A DNA stretch of 64,000 nt, taken from assembly GCF_009914755.1 (NCBI RefSeq), contig NC_060931.1; one strand, 5' to 3'. The notes beneath the pieces are model-generated. The model saw only the letters and a list, made by a program, of their open reading frames with translations, ran no database searches and was not told the origin of the DNA. Origin of the DNA: the human T2T-CHM13v2.0 reference genome, Homo sapiens. The translations under genes were made by a program, and so were the position numbers. This document shows, piece by piece, positions 49,368 to 64,000 of the stretch. The first letter of the stretch is position 1. Every line of letters starts with the position of its first letter.

Positions 49368-49678
49368 GGCTGGGAAAAGTGGCTCATGCCTGTAATCCCA
49401 ACAATTTGGGAGGCCAAGACAGGAGGATCACTAGAGGCCAGGAGCTTGAGACCAGCCTGGGAAGCACACCAAGACCCCACCTTTCCAAAAAAATAAATAA
49501 ATTAGCCAGGAGTGGTGGCACGTCCTTGTATTCTCAGCTACGCAGGAGGCTGAAGCAGGAGGATCACTTGAGCTCAGGAGTGAGGCTATAATAAGCTATG
49601 ATTGCACCACCGCACTCCAGCCTGGACAACAGAACAAGACCTTGTCCCTAAAAATAAATAAATAAATAAATAAATAAA
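49368..49678 (+). mobile_element. AluJ
   Basis: TSD ATTCTGTGA. Confidence 0.9.
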
Positions 49679-50440
49679 CCAAAGATTCTGTGACGCTCTG
49701 CTGTCTTAGCTTCTAAACCCTCTTGATGTGCAGAGATTTTTATTTCTATTGTATTCTGCACATCTGACACAGCATAAATATCAACATATAATAAAAGTTT
49801 AGTATATTCCTGTATTTAAATGTAAACAGCAAAATCTTCCTAAATTATCTGGGTATAACTTTTCTAAGGTGTTAATTTCTTAAATCCCCAAGGTGCATGG
49901 GTTTGTAGATCAAGTTAACTCAACAGAATAACGTGGGATGCTACAGAAAAAAAAATGTGGATTTTCTAATGACACAGAATGCCCAGCCTCTGCCAGGTAG
50001 CTCCTACATGTGCCCTCGATCCCAACAGGGTTCAGAAGAGAGAATGTGCACCACTTAGTACACAATGCACAGCTTCGACTGTGCATTCCCTTACTAAAAC
50101 CAACAGAACCACTGTCAAAGTGCCTCCCCTCCTGAAAGCAGGATAGTCTTGTACATTGCATGCCAGCAGAGACAACACAAGCCAAGGGTGGAAGGGCTTA
50201 AGGATTTCTATTCGACCATGCTGAAACCAAGCTTTAAGTTTAAATATGAGTGACATTCTTACAACCAGCTCATTTTGCTGGGTAAACAACTCAACAATCC
50301 TGGAGAGAATCCTAGCCTCAAGTTCTAGCTGTAATGACTTGAGACTAATGTTTTGAAGAGAGACTCCAGGAGTGTGGGGGCTACTTTGGGAAGTCTCATA
50401 GGATCCACCAGTCCTATAGTTCTCGAAACACTTGGGGAAA

Positions 50441-50742
50441 TTTCTTTTTTTTTTTTTTTAAATAAAGATGGGGTCTTGCTTCGTAGCCCAAGCTGGAGCG
50501 CAGTAGAGTGATCATAGCTCACTGCACCCTTGAATTCCTGGGCTCAAGCTATCCTCCCACCTCAGCCTTCTGAGTATCTGGGACTATAAGGACGTGCCAC
50601 CGTGCCAGGCTAGTTTTTTAACTTTTTGTAGAGTTCGAGTCTTGCTCTGTTGTACAGGCTGATCTTGAACTCCTGACCTCAAGCAATTCTCCAGCCTTGG
50701 CCTCCCAAAGCGCTGGTGTTACAGGTATGAGCTGCTGCGACT
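50441..50742 (-). mobile_element. AluJ
   Basis: Antisense Alu; TSD-like GGGGA(A/G)ATTT. Confidence 0.9.
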
Positions 50743-51657
50743 GGGGGAGATTTGCTGAATAGCTTCCAAAGCCAGTGTCTAACAAACACAGATCAACTTG
50801 TTACTGCATGTTCATACAAACATTACTGCTAGTTTGATCAATCAACTGCTCCACATGATTTGACTCTAAACTGCCATTCTCTGTTGCTAAAACTACCCTC
50901 ATCTTCAGAAGAGAAGGATTCGTTGCTGTTAAGTTTATTCCTGAGGATGTCTCAAGGCCCTGTAGTCAGCTGGCAAAGAAATCCAGTCATTCACTGAGTG
51001 TGGGCAGTGTTCTTGGAGAAAGAATCACTAATGTGTAGGGTCCATCACTTCCACTGGTCTGAATTATGTTTCCAAGTGACCTATACAAATCAGAGTGTAT
51101 CATGCTTTCCTGCTGTTCTCTCTACCTGGAAGGCCAGTCCCATGCCTGTTTACACTGGACAAATATTTGGTTTTTAAAAGCATTATTTGGCCTTCTGGAA
51201 CCTTCCTTGAGTGCTCCCAGCCACCTCCTCTAAAAGCATTACTTACTCCCCGCATTATCAGAGTCTATATCTGCCCCTCTCAATAGACTGGAGTGGAATC
51301 AAACTATCTTTGAACCATTTCAATTCCAATCTAGCCTTTACTACATTCTCTGGCACACGGTAGATTCTTAGTTAATATTTGCTGAATTTGAATAGTTTTA
51401 GTTCAAGTAAGTTGGCTTGAGAATCATTCATGTTAGAGTCTGTTTTGCACAATGAAAGTATTCACCATTCAACAGGCATTTATTGGTCACTAAACTTACA
51501 CCAGCCATGGACTAGGGGAAGGGAGAGTCGTTTCTTAGTGTCTTTTCTCAGACTTGTGCACTGCATTTTTGGGGTGTCTTTATTTTGTTCTGTTTTTAAT
51601 AATTTTTAAAAGTCAAGAATGGTACGAGCACATTCTGTTTTCCCCCCCACACATTTA

Positions 51658-52029
<372 letters not shown>

Positions 52030-52139
52030 TCAGCCATGCCTCTTTAGTTTGTCTCCAAACAAAAGCAGCCCATGCTATCTAAAAAGTAAAGGCCACTAGG
52101 ATGAAAGTTTACGTATTTAAAATCCCTCTCTCTCTCTTT

Positions 52140-52650
52140 TTAGTCATTTAAGCTTTTGAGTATACAGTTCAGTGGCATTAAGTATATTTTCATTATTGGG
52201 CAACCACCACCATCCATCCTCAGGACTTTTTCATTATCCCAAAGTGAAATTCTACCTATTAAATAACTCTGCACTTGTTAAACAACCCTATTCCTCCTCT
52301 TCTGAGCCCCTGGCAACCACCCTTCTACTTCCTATGAATTTAGCTATTCTAGGGACCTCATAGAAATGGAATCATACAGTATTTGTCCTTTTGTGTCTGG
52401 CTTATTTCACTTACCATGCTATCTTCAAGGTGCACCCATGCTGTAGTGTGTGTCAGGATGTCCTTCCTTTTTAAGGCTGAATAATATTCCATTCAATGGC
52501 TATACCACATTCTTTCCACCTTTTGGCTATTGTGAATAATGCTGCTATGAACATAGATGTGCACATATCTGTTTGAGTCCCTGCTTTCCATCCTTTGGGG
52601 TATAGGCATAAATTGATGGATAATATGGTAACTTTATGTTTGGGTTTAAA
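52140..52650 (-). mobile_element. L1MB-type 3' fragment
   Basis: TACAGTTCAGTGGCATTAAGTATATT...ATGGAATCATACAGTATTTGTCC...GTGAATAATGCTGCTATGAAC. Confidence 0.87.
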
Positions 52651-52857
52651 AATCTTAAATTATTTTTAACCTTTGGGAGTAAGAGAGAACAACTCATTAT
52701 TTTTTGTACACGGTTGGGAAAATAAAATCCACTCTAGTGGAGGATCTGGAAATGTCAGGTTTTTACCTACTCATAAACAATTCAAAAAAAGTAAATGATC
52801 ATACCTTCAGGGACTCCTAAAAGCATTGGCTAAATATGGTTGAAATATTAAAATTAA

Positions 52858-53170
<313 letters not shown>

Positions 53171-53324
53171 TAACTGGCTTTTAATTATTGCCAGAAAAAT
53201 AATACTAAAGTTAGCAAAGACATTTGATATTATAGATATGGATGTAGATATTCCCAAAACCCAATTTCACTCAATGATCTGAACCTAACCAGTAATCCAG
53301 ATAAAGGGAAGTGATGCGGAGTGA

Positions 53325-53652
53325 ATGCTTGAAGCCTTAATTCCCAATGTGATGATATTTGGAAGTGGGACCTCTGAGAGGTAATTAGGTTTAGATGAGG
53401 TCATGAGGGAGGAGCCCCCGTGATGGTATCAGTGCCCTTATGAGGAAAAGAAAGGACTGAGCTCTCTCTCTCTCCATGTGAGGACACAGCAAGAAGGCAG
53501 CCATCTGCAAACCAGGAAGAGAGCCCTCAAGAACTGAATCAGCTGCCGTCTTTAATCTAGACTTCCTAGCCCTTTAGAACTATGAGAAACAAACTTTTGT
53601 TATTTAAGCCACCCAACTGATGGCATTTCTATAGCAGCCCAAACTGACCATG
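53325..53652 (+). mobile_element. MLT1A-type LTR (5'-truncated)
   Basis: CCCAATGTGATG.TATTTGGA...AATTAGGTTTAGATGAGGTCATGAGG...TTTAAGCCACCCA. Confidence 0.87.
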
Positions 53653-55587
53653 ATAAGAAGTAATTTTGATTATTTTCCTACTCCCAACTGTCTAACGTTT
53701 GTTTGTTTTTTAAATCAGTGAGCTTCTTTCGGTGCTAAGTGCTGACCTAGCAAACCTTAGCTGCATCCAGGGATGCAGTGTTGGGGACTAAGAGAAACAG
53801 CCCCAGGCACAAGAAGGCGGGAAGAGCACATGAACCAGCGCTCCCCACTCCTCCGCCCCTGCCCCCAGTACTCACTGTCAGGACTTAGTGGTTTCTCCTG
53901 TCTGGAGTGAGTGACCTTAGACAAAACCCCTGGCCCTTCTGAGCCAATCAAGCTGCTAGGCTGATCTAATGAGATTCTGTATGTGGACAGCAAAGTGGGC
54001 CATAGAACTAACTGTGAGTCCTCACTGGCCCGAAGGAAAGAACTCATTCTACCTAAGTGAATTTCTCTACCTAACTAAAGTCCAGAGACAAAGTCCACTT
54101 AGTAAGTTTGAATGGAAATACTGCTGAAACATATGACATACTTCTATTCCTTCTTTTTAGTTTTTATTTGCTAGCTCAAGGTCACCATGAATGCCGACTG
54201 TTCTACCTCTATCTACCGTACAATGGTCTTTCCAGGAGCTACTGTCAAGTCTGTATATTGAATTCTCCCATCCTGCTGAATGGAATGAGGACTTTTCTGA
54301 AGGCTGAATCTCCTTGCTGAAAGCTAAATCTCCTTGCTCAAGACCATACACATAGAAGGTACAATGCATGGGCTGACCCTGCAAGGAACTCCAGAAAAGA
54401 ACCTAAAGTTACGTTTTTGAAGAAATCTCCGATTTTAGGCACAGAGACTTCAACTTTTTCATCACTGCATTCCCAGTGCCTGGCATATAGCAGATGTTCA
54501 GGAAACCTTTACTAGATTCCGATAAAACGATAGGGTAAAGATCCCTCAAACTCTGATTATTTCAGAATTCTGGGTATTTGGTTTCAATTATTTCAATGCA
54601 AAGCTATTCAAGAAGTCCACAAATACCATATTAAGTTCCTACAACGTACAAGACTGCTGTAAACAGGATTGAAAAATAAGCGTGTTCCTGCTCTCTAGGA
54701 TGTAATCCAGTAGAGGAACTAAAATATATAAACAAGAAAACAGAAAAGTTCCACAATTTATTATTGGGATATAAATGAGGAATAAACCAAGTTAAAGCAC
54801 AGAGAATGAATTCCTTTTTTTTTTTTTAAATCAGCTTTCTCAGGTTGAAGAGAATGAATTTCATCTAGCTGTAGGGTGATTTTAGAAGGTTCCATAAAGG
54901 ATGTGGCAATTAAAATGGGGGTTGAGTAGGAACTCAGCAGGTGAAGAACAAGCAGAAAGGGCTTCCCAGACAGAGGAAATATAGTTATAAGTAGCTTGCA
55001 GGCAGAAAAATGTGGTTTTATGGCACTACCAATGGATAGAAAGAATGACTATTCCCTTTCTCAACTCCACAGTTAGCAATAACTTACATAACTTGGTGCT
55101 CAACTTCAGAGAGAGAGGAAAAGCAAATTCCAATTACCTAAATTGTACCAAATACTAAGACAGCCCTACCCTCTGACTCCCTCTGACTTTTATTCCAACT
55201 CCTCTAAATCGTGGTGTGGAGAGATGGATGACATCATCAGGCATCCTACATCTCACATGAGGAAAACAGAACAGGACCATTATTCAGCATCCTCATCACC
55301 TTGCTCCATCCCAAAACATCGTAGGTGATGAGTTCTCTTGGAGGAAAATATTCAAATGAGGTGACGTAGACAGAACAATCCCCGCTGGAGGTGCTATGTA
55401 GGGTTTTCCCTCCTCCCTCTGAACTGTTCAAGTTTTCATGAATCATCTGTGCAGGCAGCCCAGCCCCGCCCTGGTAAGGACAACATCATCTGAGCCACCA
55501 ATTCCTAGGCACCAGTAACGTGCTGACTTTTCCTGCAACCCTACGTGCAGTACTGTGATGTGACTCATTTTAAAGCTGTGTAAAGTG

Positions 55588-56042
<455 letters not shown>

Positions 56043-57001
56043 TCAGCAAAACTCAAAAGACCAGTTCTTCTTTCAATAGCGACTGTGCACCAGTGTTCTG
56101 GTGCCACCATTTCTAGATGTGTTTCCATTCCACCAGCAAAGAAATGTAGCTGGCCACAAGGTCTCACTGCCCTGGCAGCAATGCTTACACTGCAAGGCGT
56201 CCTCCACATTTTTGAATTGAAAAAAGGTCACTATGAAACAAAACTCAGACCTAAGATGTACCCAGCCTCCTTTCTTTTCTCCCTATGGGATTCCCTCTCT
56301 CTTCTCTAGTTCCAGAGTGCCCTCTTATCTGACAAAAGTAATTTCCAGACACTTTATTATGATAACATCTTTCCAGTTCCACTTCCTGTCTGGGTCTTGG
56401 GATGAAGGAATCAACTCCTTATGCAATGGGACCTCTGGATCATCAAACCCTTACCTCAGAAACACCCCCTTTTTCCTCTCTCAGATAGACCTGAGGTTTC
56501 TTTCTTTGGCAGAGGATAAAAGCTCTCATTTCAAAATTAGGGACTGGCCTTAAAATGCTGACACCATTGTGAGGGGTGAGGGCTCCTGCAGACACCTCTG
56601 GACTGACTCCAACTCAGAAGACTCGGGCTCTGCGGTCTAAGGGACACACGGTGGCTTGGTGATGTCCCTTGGAGAGTGGTGTCCTCCCTGGGAAGCCCCA
56701 GGAGCTGCCCTGTCCTGCCCCCAGTGTCACCTGCCAGGCTAACTTTCAGTAACTCTATAATTCCGTGATCAAAACTCATCCAAGGTATAAATCAGTATTA
56801 CCAGATTCTCTTTTGAGAGAATGTTTTGCTAAGAAAGTGATGAAAAAAAGGAGAATACTACTAAATGCCTCAAAGTGGACAGGAGAAAAAAAGACATAGA
56901 AATAAGGACACGGTCCTTTGACCATCTTCTTGTTTTGTCCAGGACTATCCGATACCCCATCCTCACAGTTAGGCCAATGATCCTCATTCCTACCAGAACA
57001 A

Positions 57002-57308
<307 letters not shown>

Positions 57309-57480
57309 GACCCTACCAGAACAATTTTTATATAATCACAGACAGCCCAGTGTATGCCCTGTGGCCACCTTCCTCTACTCACCCTATCCCCACCCAGATA
57401 GTTATGGAGAAAGCTACAAGGTATTTCATGAACTTCGTGGGTCCTTGGTCTGGCAAGGGTTTTCAACAGACCATTTTCTT

Positions 57481-57793
57481 TCTTCTTTTTTTTTTTTTTT
57501 TTTTTGAGATGGAGTCTCACTCTGTCACCCAGGCTGGAGTGCAGTGGCGCGACGTTGGCTCACTGCAAGTTCCGCCTCCCGGTTCACGCCATTCTCCTGC
57601 CTCACCCTCCAGAATAGCTGGGACTACAGGTGCCCGCCACCACGCCCAACTAATTTTTTGTATTTTTAGTAGAGACGGGTTTCACCATGTTAGCCAGGAT
57701 GGTCTCAATCTCCTGACCTTGTGGACCTTGTGATCTGCCCACCTCAGCCTCCCAAAGTGCTGGGATTACAGGCATGAGCCACCGTGCCCGGCC
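57481..57793 (-). mobile_element. AluY/Sc-like
   Basis: TSD TCAACAG(A/G)CCATTTTCTT. Confidence 0.93.
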
Positions 57794-57879
57794 TCAACAG
57801 GCCATTTTCTTATTAAAGATAAATTATGATTATCATGCCCACTTTACAGAAGTGGTAACATAGTCCCCTGGTAGACATC

Positions 57880-59038
<1,159 letters not shown>

Positions 59039-59760
59039 ATCTATTAAATTTCGATCTAAATTTTTTTTTTTCAAAAATATAATCTCAATCCCATTTTGAG
59101 AATCAGGATAGTCTATAATCGATCATGTTTTGTTGCTATGGGAAACATTTCAAAAGGACATTTTAAGTTTTAGAATGTTCCAAGATATAAGAGAAAGGCT
59201 TAAAAGAAGTATTTTTAATCAAGAAGACAAAAGGAAAGCGAGGCAAATTAATTTAAAAAATCACATAAGCAGTGATGGATCATGAATTTCTTCATTAAAG
59301 AAACACTGAAAAACCACATGGGTTGTGCTAAAAGGCAACTAGACATCGCAGAGTTCCGACTGACCTGATTAGACACAGACATGCAGATTCATCATTCTGC
59401 CCTGAGTGAGGACAAGCTCAGGCCACCCCTGCCTGGCTCAGTATCACTGATGAAAAAAATCAGACAGATTCACCAGACCCTCCACTCCAGTCGTGAGCAA
59501 CAGAGGTGTCATCTTCCTGTACAAAGCACCAGACACCTGCCCATACACAGCTCATGAAACCATCATCGCAACACCACCAGGAAGCCAGGCAAGCATTTCC
59601 ACTCTCCTGTGTGAGGTCAAGAAGTCAGGGCTCAAGGAAGTCAAGAGACTTGCCCAAGATCACATGTTTAATGGCTGGTGGAGGCAGGACTAGCCCAGGC
59701 AAGAAGGCACACTTTTCCCCCAGATCTATCCACAGGATCTTCAACAAGAAACAGACCTTC

Positions 59761-60234
<474 letters not shown>

Positions 60235-60494
60235 TCAGTGAACCATGCTGATCCTGCTAAGACCGCTCCTTTAACTCAGATGGGCTCTTTCACAATTCCA
60301 TAATTCCCTGCAGTCTTCATTCCAAATCTTTACTATCCTTCACCCAACACCACTCTTTCTCAAAGTCCCTCCCCAAAATTATCTGAAAAATTCTATCTTA
60401 ATGCAGTGTTCATCTTTTCTAGCCACTGGCTCCTCCCCTTAAAAATAAGCCTGGGATCTAAATAAGATGATTAGGAGAGGCTGAACTGTGAGAG

Positions 60495-60700
60495 GTTCAA
60501 ACAAGGAGCCTGGAAGTCAGACAGCCTGGGTCTGCCACCTGGCTTTGCCTTGCTAGCTGTGTGACCTTGAGGCAGTCACTTAACCTCTCCATGCCTTAGC
60601 ATTCTCATCTGGAAATCAGAATGACAGCATAGGACCTGGCAGAGCAGTTGTGAATACTGAATGAGAGTGATGTCAGGCACATGGATAGCCTGGCTCCTGC
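60495..60700 (+). mobile_element. MIR
   Basis: CTAGCTGTGTGACCTTGAGGCAGTCACTTAACCTCTC. Confidence 0.7.
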
Positions 60701-60752
60701 ACCCGTACTCTTAACCATTCACATGTGGTACAGACTCATTTTGGGGGCCATC

Positions 60753-61162
60753 TGACATATAGTTCAGATGTCTGTCCCCTCCAAAACTCATGTTGAAATG
60801 TGATCCCTGGTGTTGGAGGTGGGGTCTGGTGGGAAGTGTTTGGGTCATGGGGCGGATCCCTCATGAATGGTTTGGTGCCCTCCCTGCGGTAATGAGTGAG
60901 TTCTTGCTCTATTAGTTCATGTGGGAGCTGGTTGTTTAAAAGAGGCTGGCATCTCGCTTACTCCCCCTCTTGCGACGTGATGCCCACTCCCCTTCCTCTT
61001 CCCACCATGAGTAAAAGCTCCCTGAGGCCTCACCAGAAGTCCAGCAGATGCAGGCACCACGCTCGTATAGCCTGCAGAACCATGAGCCAAATAAACCTCT
61101 TTTCTTCTTAAATTACCCAGTCTCAGGTATCCCTATATAGCAATGCAAAATGATCTCATACA
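60753..61162 (+). mobile_element. MSTB-like solo LTR
   Basis: TGTCCCCTCCAAAACTCATGTTGAAATGTGATCCC...GAGCCAAATAAACCTCTTTTC; TSD CCATC. Confidence 0.9.
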
Positions 61163-61640
61163 CCATCCTTTTCCAACCTCTGTGAGGTTAAGAGCCTGGC
61201 TTTCCTTTATCCTTGGCTGTTGGGCAGGGTCTCTCTGGTCACCCCAATGTTCCCCCTGCTCCATTCCATTAAAGACATAGAGACCAGACCAATCATCTTG
61301 GAGCTGAGGCTGCACCCTTTCAAGCTCAGAAAACTTCCAAGATCCCCCAGCTACCTCCCTACTACAGTCCCATCTTTTGACCTGGTACCCTAAGCCCCCA
61401 GACCTAATCAGCCCTTCAGTTCTGCTTCTGATGTGCCCACCTCTCACCTTCCACTCTGGTCAAAGCTCAACAGCCTCCAAGGTCCAACACACACTGAACT
61501 TCCACATCACAGGATTTTTTTCATTCTGCCCTTTATTATACTATCTATCCCAACTGTTTTCATCCTTCAGGGCCCATCTCAAGTGCCTTCCTCTGTCTGA
61601 GCAGTTACACCAGGACATTCTTTCTCTTTCCTCTGAACTA

Positions 61641-61943
61641 CTTTTTTTTTCCTTTTTTCTTGAAACAGAGTGTTGCTCTGTTGCCCAGGCCAGACTGCAG
61701 TGGTGTGATCATAGCTCACTGCAGCCTCAACCTCCCTGGGCTTAAGCAGTCCTCCCACATCAGCCTTCCAAGCAGCTAAGACTATGGGTACACATCACCA
61801 TGCCCGGCTCATTTTGTTTATTTTTTGTACAGACAAGGCCTCACTCTGTTGTCCAGGCTAGTCTCAAACTTCTGGGCTCAAGTAATCCTCCTACCTCAGC
61901 CTCCCAAAGTGCTAGGATTACAGGCATAAGCCACCATGCCATA
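61641..61943 (-). mobile_element. AluJ
   Basis: Antisense Alu. Confidence 0.9.
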
Positions 61944-61974
61944 GCTTATTTTCTGTAGTGTTTATGGCATCTAA

Positions 61975-62195
61975 TAGATTACGTGAATATGAGTGAGTTG
62001 TGGTGATGGAAAGGTTCTATATATTAACTGTATCAATGTCAATATCCTGGTTGTAATACAGTACCATAGATTTGCAAGACATTACCACTGGGGGACACTG
62101 GACAAAGGGTAGAGGCACCTTCCTGCATTATTTCTTACAATTGCATGTGACTCTACACACATCTCACAATAGGAAGTTTAATTTTAAAAATATAG
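61975..62195 (+). mobile_element. L1MC-type 3' end
   Basis: TATCAATGTCAATATCCTGGTTGT...TTTGCAAGACATTACCACTGGGG. Confidence 0.75.
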
Positions 62196-62279
62196 ATTAA
62201 GAATTATAATTAATTGATCAATCATTAAGGTTATTCAGCACCCAATTCTGCAGCACACCACACAAGATATTTTACTTAT

Positions 62280-63190
62280 GTAAATCTTAAAGCGTCCCCA
62301 AAGTCCAGACTCAGTTTTGTAATGGCCTATTCAGAATCTCCACCTGGATAGCTAATAAGTATTGGACTCAACACGTTCAATACTGAGCTCCTGGACTTTC
62401 TTTCTCCCCTCTCAGTTAATCTCACCTCTATTCTTCTAGTTGATTGAGCCAACTATCTTGCTAGTCCTCCCTCACTTCTTTCTTCCTCTTGCACTCTACA
62501 CCTACCCCGCACCCCAATCAGCAAATCTTGGTAAGTCCACCTTTGAAATAGATCCAGAATCTGTCCAGGCACAGTGACTCACATCTATATTCCTAGCACT
62601 TAGGGAGGCCAAGGCAGGCAGATCGCTTGAGCTCAGGAGCTTGAGGCCAACCTGGGCAACATGGTGAGACCTCTTCTCTACTAAAAATACAATAAAAAAT
62701 TAGCCATGTGTGGTGGTGCTTGCCTGTGGTCCCAGCTACTACTCAGGAGGCTGAGGTGGGAGGACTGCTTGAGCCCAGGGTGGGTGGAGGTTGCAGTGGG
62801 CTGTGATCACACCACTGCACTCCAGCCTGAATGACAGAGCAAGACCCTGTCTCAAAAAAAAAAAAAAAAGAAAGACAGAGGAAGGAAGGGAGGGAGGGAC
62901 GGAGATCCAGAATCCCACTGCTCCTTCCAACCTCCAGGGCCACCACCCTTGTCCTAGCCACCACCGTATCTCGTCTGGATTATTACAAAGCCTCCATGCT
63001 ACTCCTACTCCTGTTCCTGCTTATTTTATTTTCTGTAATTTTTATAATATAATATACTATGCCTCCTGCCACAAGAGCAGAAGCTCTGTGGGAATTCTAC
63101 TTTGCTTACTGCTGCATCCTGGACCTTAAAACTGTGCTTCAAACATTGTAGGCACTCAATCAACATTTGTGAATGAATGAGCAAATCAAT
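62280..63190 (+). mobile_element. L2 fragments split by AluJ (62564-62875)
   Basis: CTCCACCTGGAT...CTCAAC, CACCACCCTTGTCCTAGCCACCA, GTAGGCACTCAAT...GAATGAATGA 3' end. Confidence 0.75.
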
Positions 63191-63627
63191 GAATATTATG
63201 CCTTCGGTATTTAAAAAACTTCACGAAGTTACTTATTATTGTCTCATTTTTACAAGTGGGGAAACTGAGGGTCAGAGAAGGTCAAGGCTCTGGAAGGGAT
63301 GAGAGCTGAAGTTCTCCTATTCTGAGACTGACATTCCATCCACCCTGTTCTACCTGGACTTAGTCTCTTGGCTGGGTCCTCAGAGGCTGGACCTCTGTCT
63401 GATTGATCATTTTGGTTTTCAGCATCTGGGAATACTGCTTAGATATTGCAGAAATGCAATAAAAACTTGAAGAACTAATACAAATTTTTGATCATTTTAT
63501 GAAAATGTACCAAATTCAGTTATGAGTTTATTTCTCATTTATTTATTACCTCTATGGAACTGATGCCTTCATCCTTACAACTTTCTTCTGTGAGTCAAGG
63601 TGTGATTCTGAGATAACAATTCCCATT

Positions 63628-63992
63628 TGTGTTAGTTTGTTTTAAGGACTGCTATAAAGACATACCTGAGACTGGGTAATTTATAAAGGAAAGCAGTTTA
63701 ATTGACTCACAGTTCTGCATGGCTAAGGGGGCCTCAGAAAACTTACAATCATGGCTGAAGTTGAAAGGGAAACAAGCACATCTTACCATGGCGAAGCAAG
63801 AGAAACAGAGAACGTGCAGGAGAAACTGTCATTTATAAAACCATCAGATCTCATGAAAACTCACTGTCATAAGAACAGCACGGGGGAACTACCCCCATGA
63901 TCCAATCATCTCCCACCAGGTCTCTCCCTGGACATGTGGGGATTACAATTCAAGAAGAGATTTGGGTGGGGACACAAAGCCAAACCATATCC
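63628..63992 (-). mobile_element. THE1D/MSTA-like solo LTR
   Basis: TGTGTTAGTTTG...CCTGAGACTGGGTAATTTATAAAGGAAA...CAAACCATATC; TSD CCATT at 63623-63627 and 63993-63997. Confidence 0.9.
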
Positions 63993-64000
63993 CCATTCTT

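Noticed and set aside
50064-50087. 9-bp hairpin AATGCACAG-CTTCGA-CTGTGCATT
   Set aside because: A stem this short is expected by chance in 64 kb, and there is no RNA-gene context.
55381-55396. CTCF-like motif CCGCTGGAGGTGC (also CCACTAGAGTGG near 52730)
   Set aside because: Mismatches at core positions; not supportable without ChIP data.

Overview
Primate (human-like) non-coding euchromatic DNA, intronic or intergenic, dominated by interspersed repeats. By hand count it holds more than 60 Alu copies or fragments (roughly 30% of the window), many 5'-truncated L1 pieces from L1PA2-like to L1ME, MaLR LTRs (THE1, MST, MLT1), DNA-transposon fossils (MADE1, Tigger3a/MER7, MER1A, MER44), MIR/L2, and a ~2-kb pure pyrimidine/purine tandem array. 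I recognise no protein-coding gene. Nearly all supplied ORFs are Alu, L1 or simple-repeat translations, and the only real protein homology is L1 ORF2p C-terminal remnants. I cannot support a wholly new biological system. The most notable items are: a BC200 (BCYRN1) retrocopy with TSDs that looks like a FLAM; an L1 flanked by an apparent ~356-bp target-site duplication; a 2-kb (CCTT)-type array grown from an L1 poly(A) tail; several short locally templated duplications; a CpG-retaining putative regulatory element; and a set of minus-strand exon-like segments that may belong to an unidentified spliced transcript. Subfamily names come from remembered consensus diagnostics, not an alignment, and boundaries are approximate to a few bases unless a TSD is quoted.
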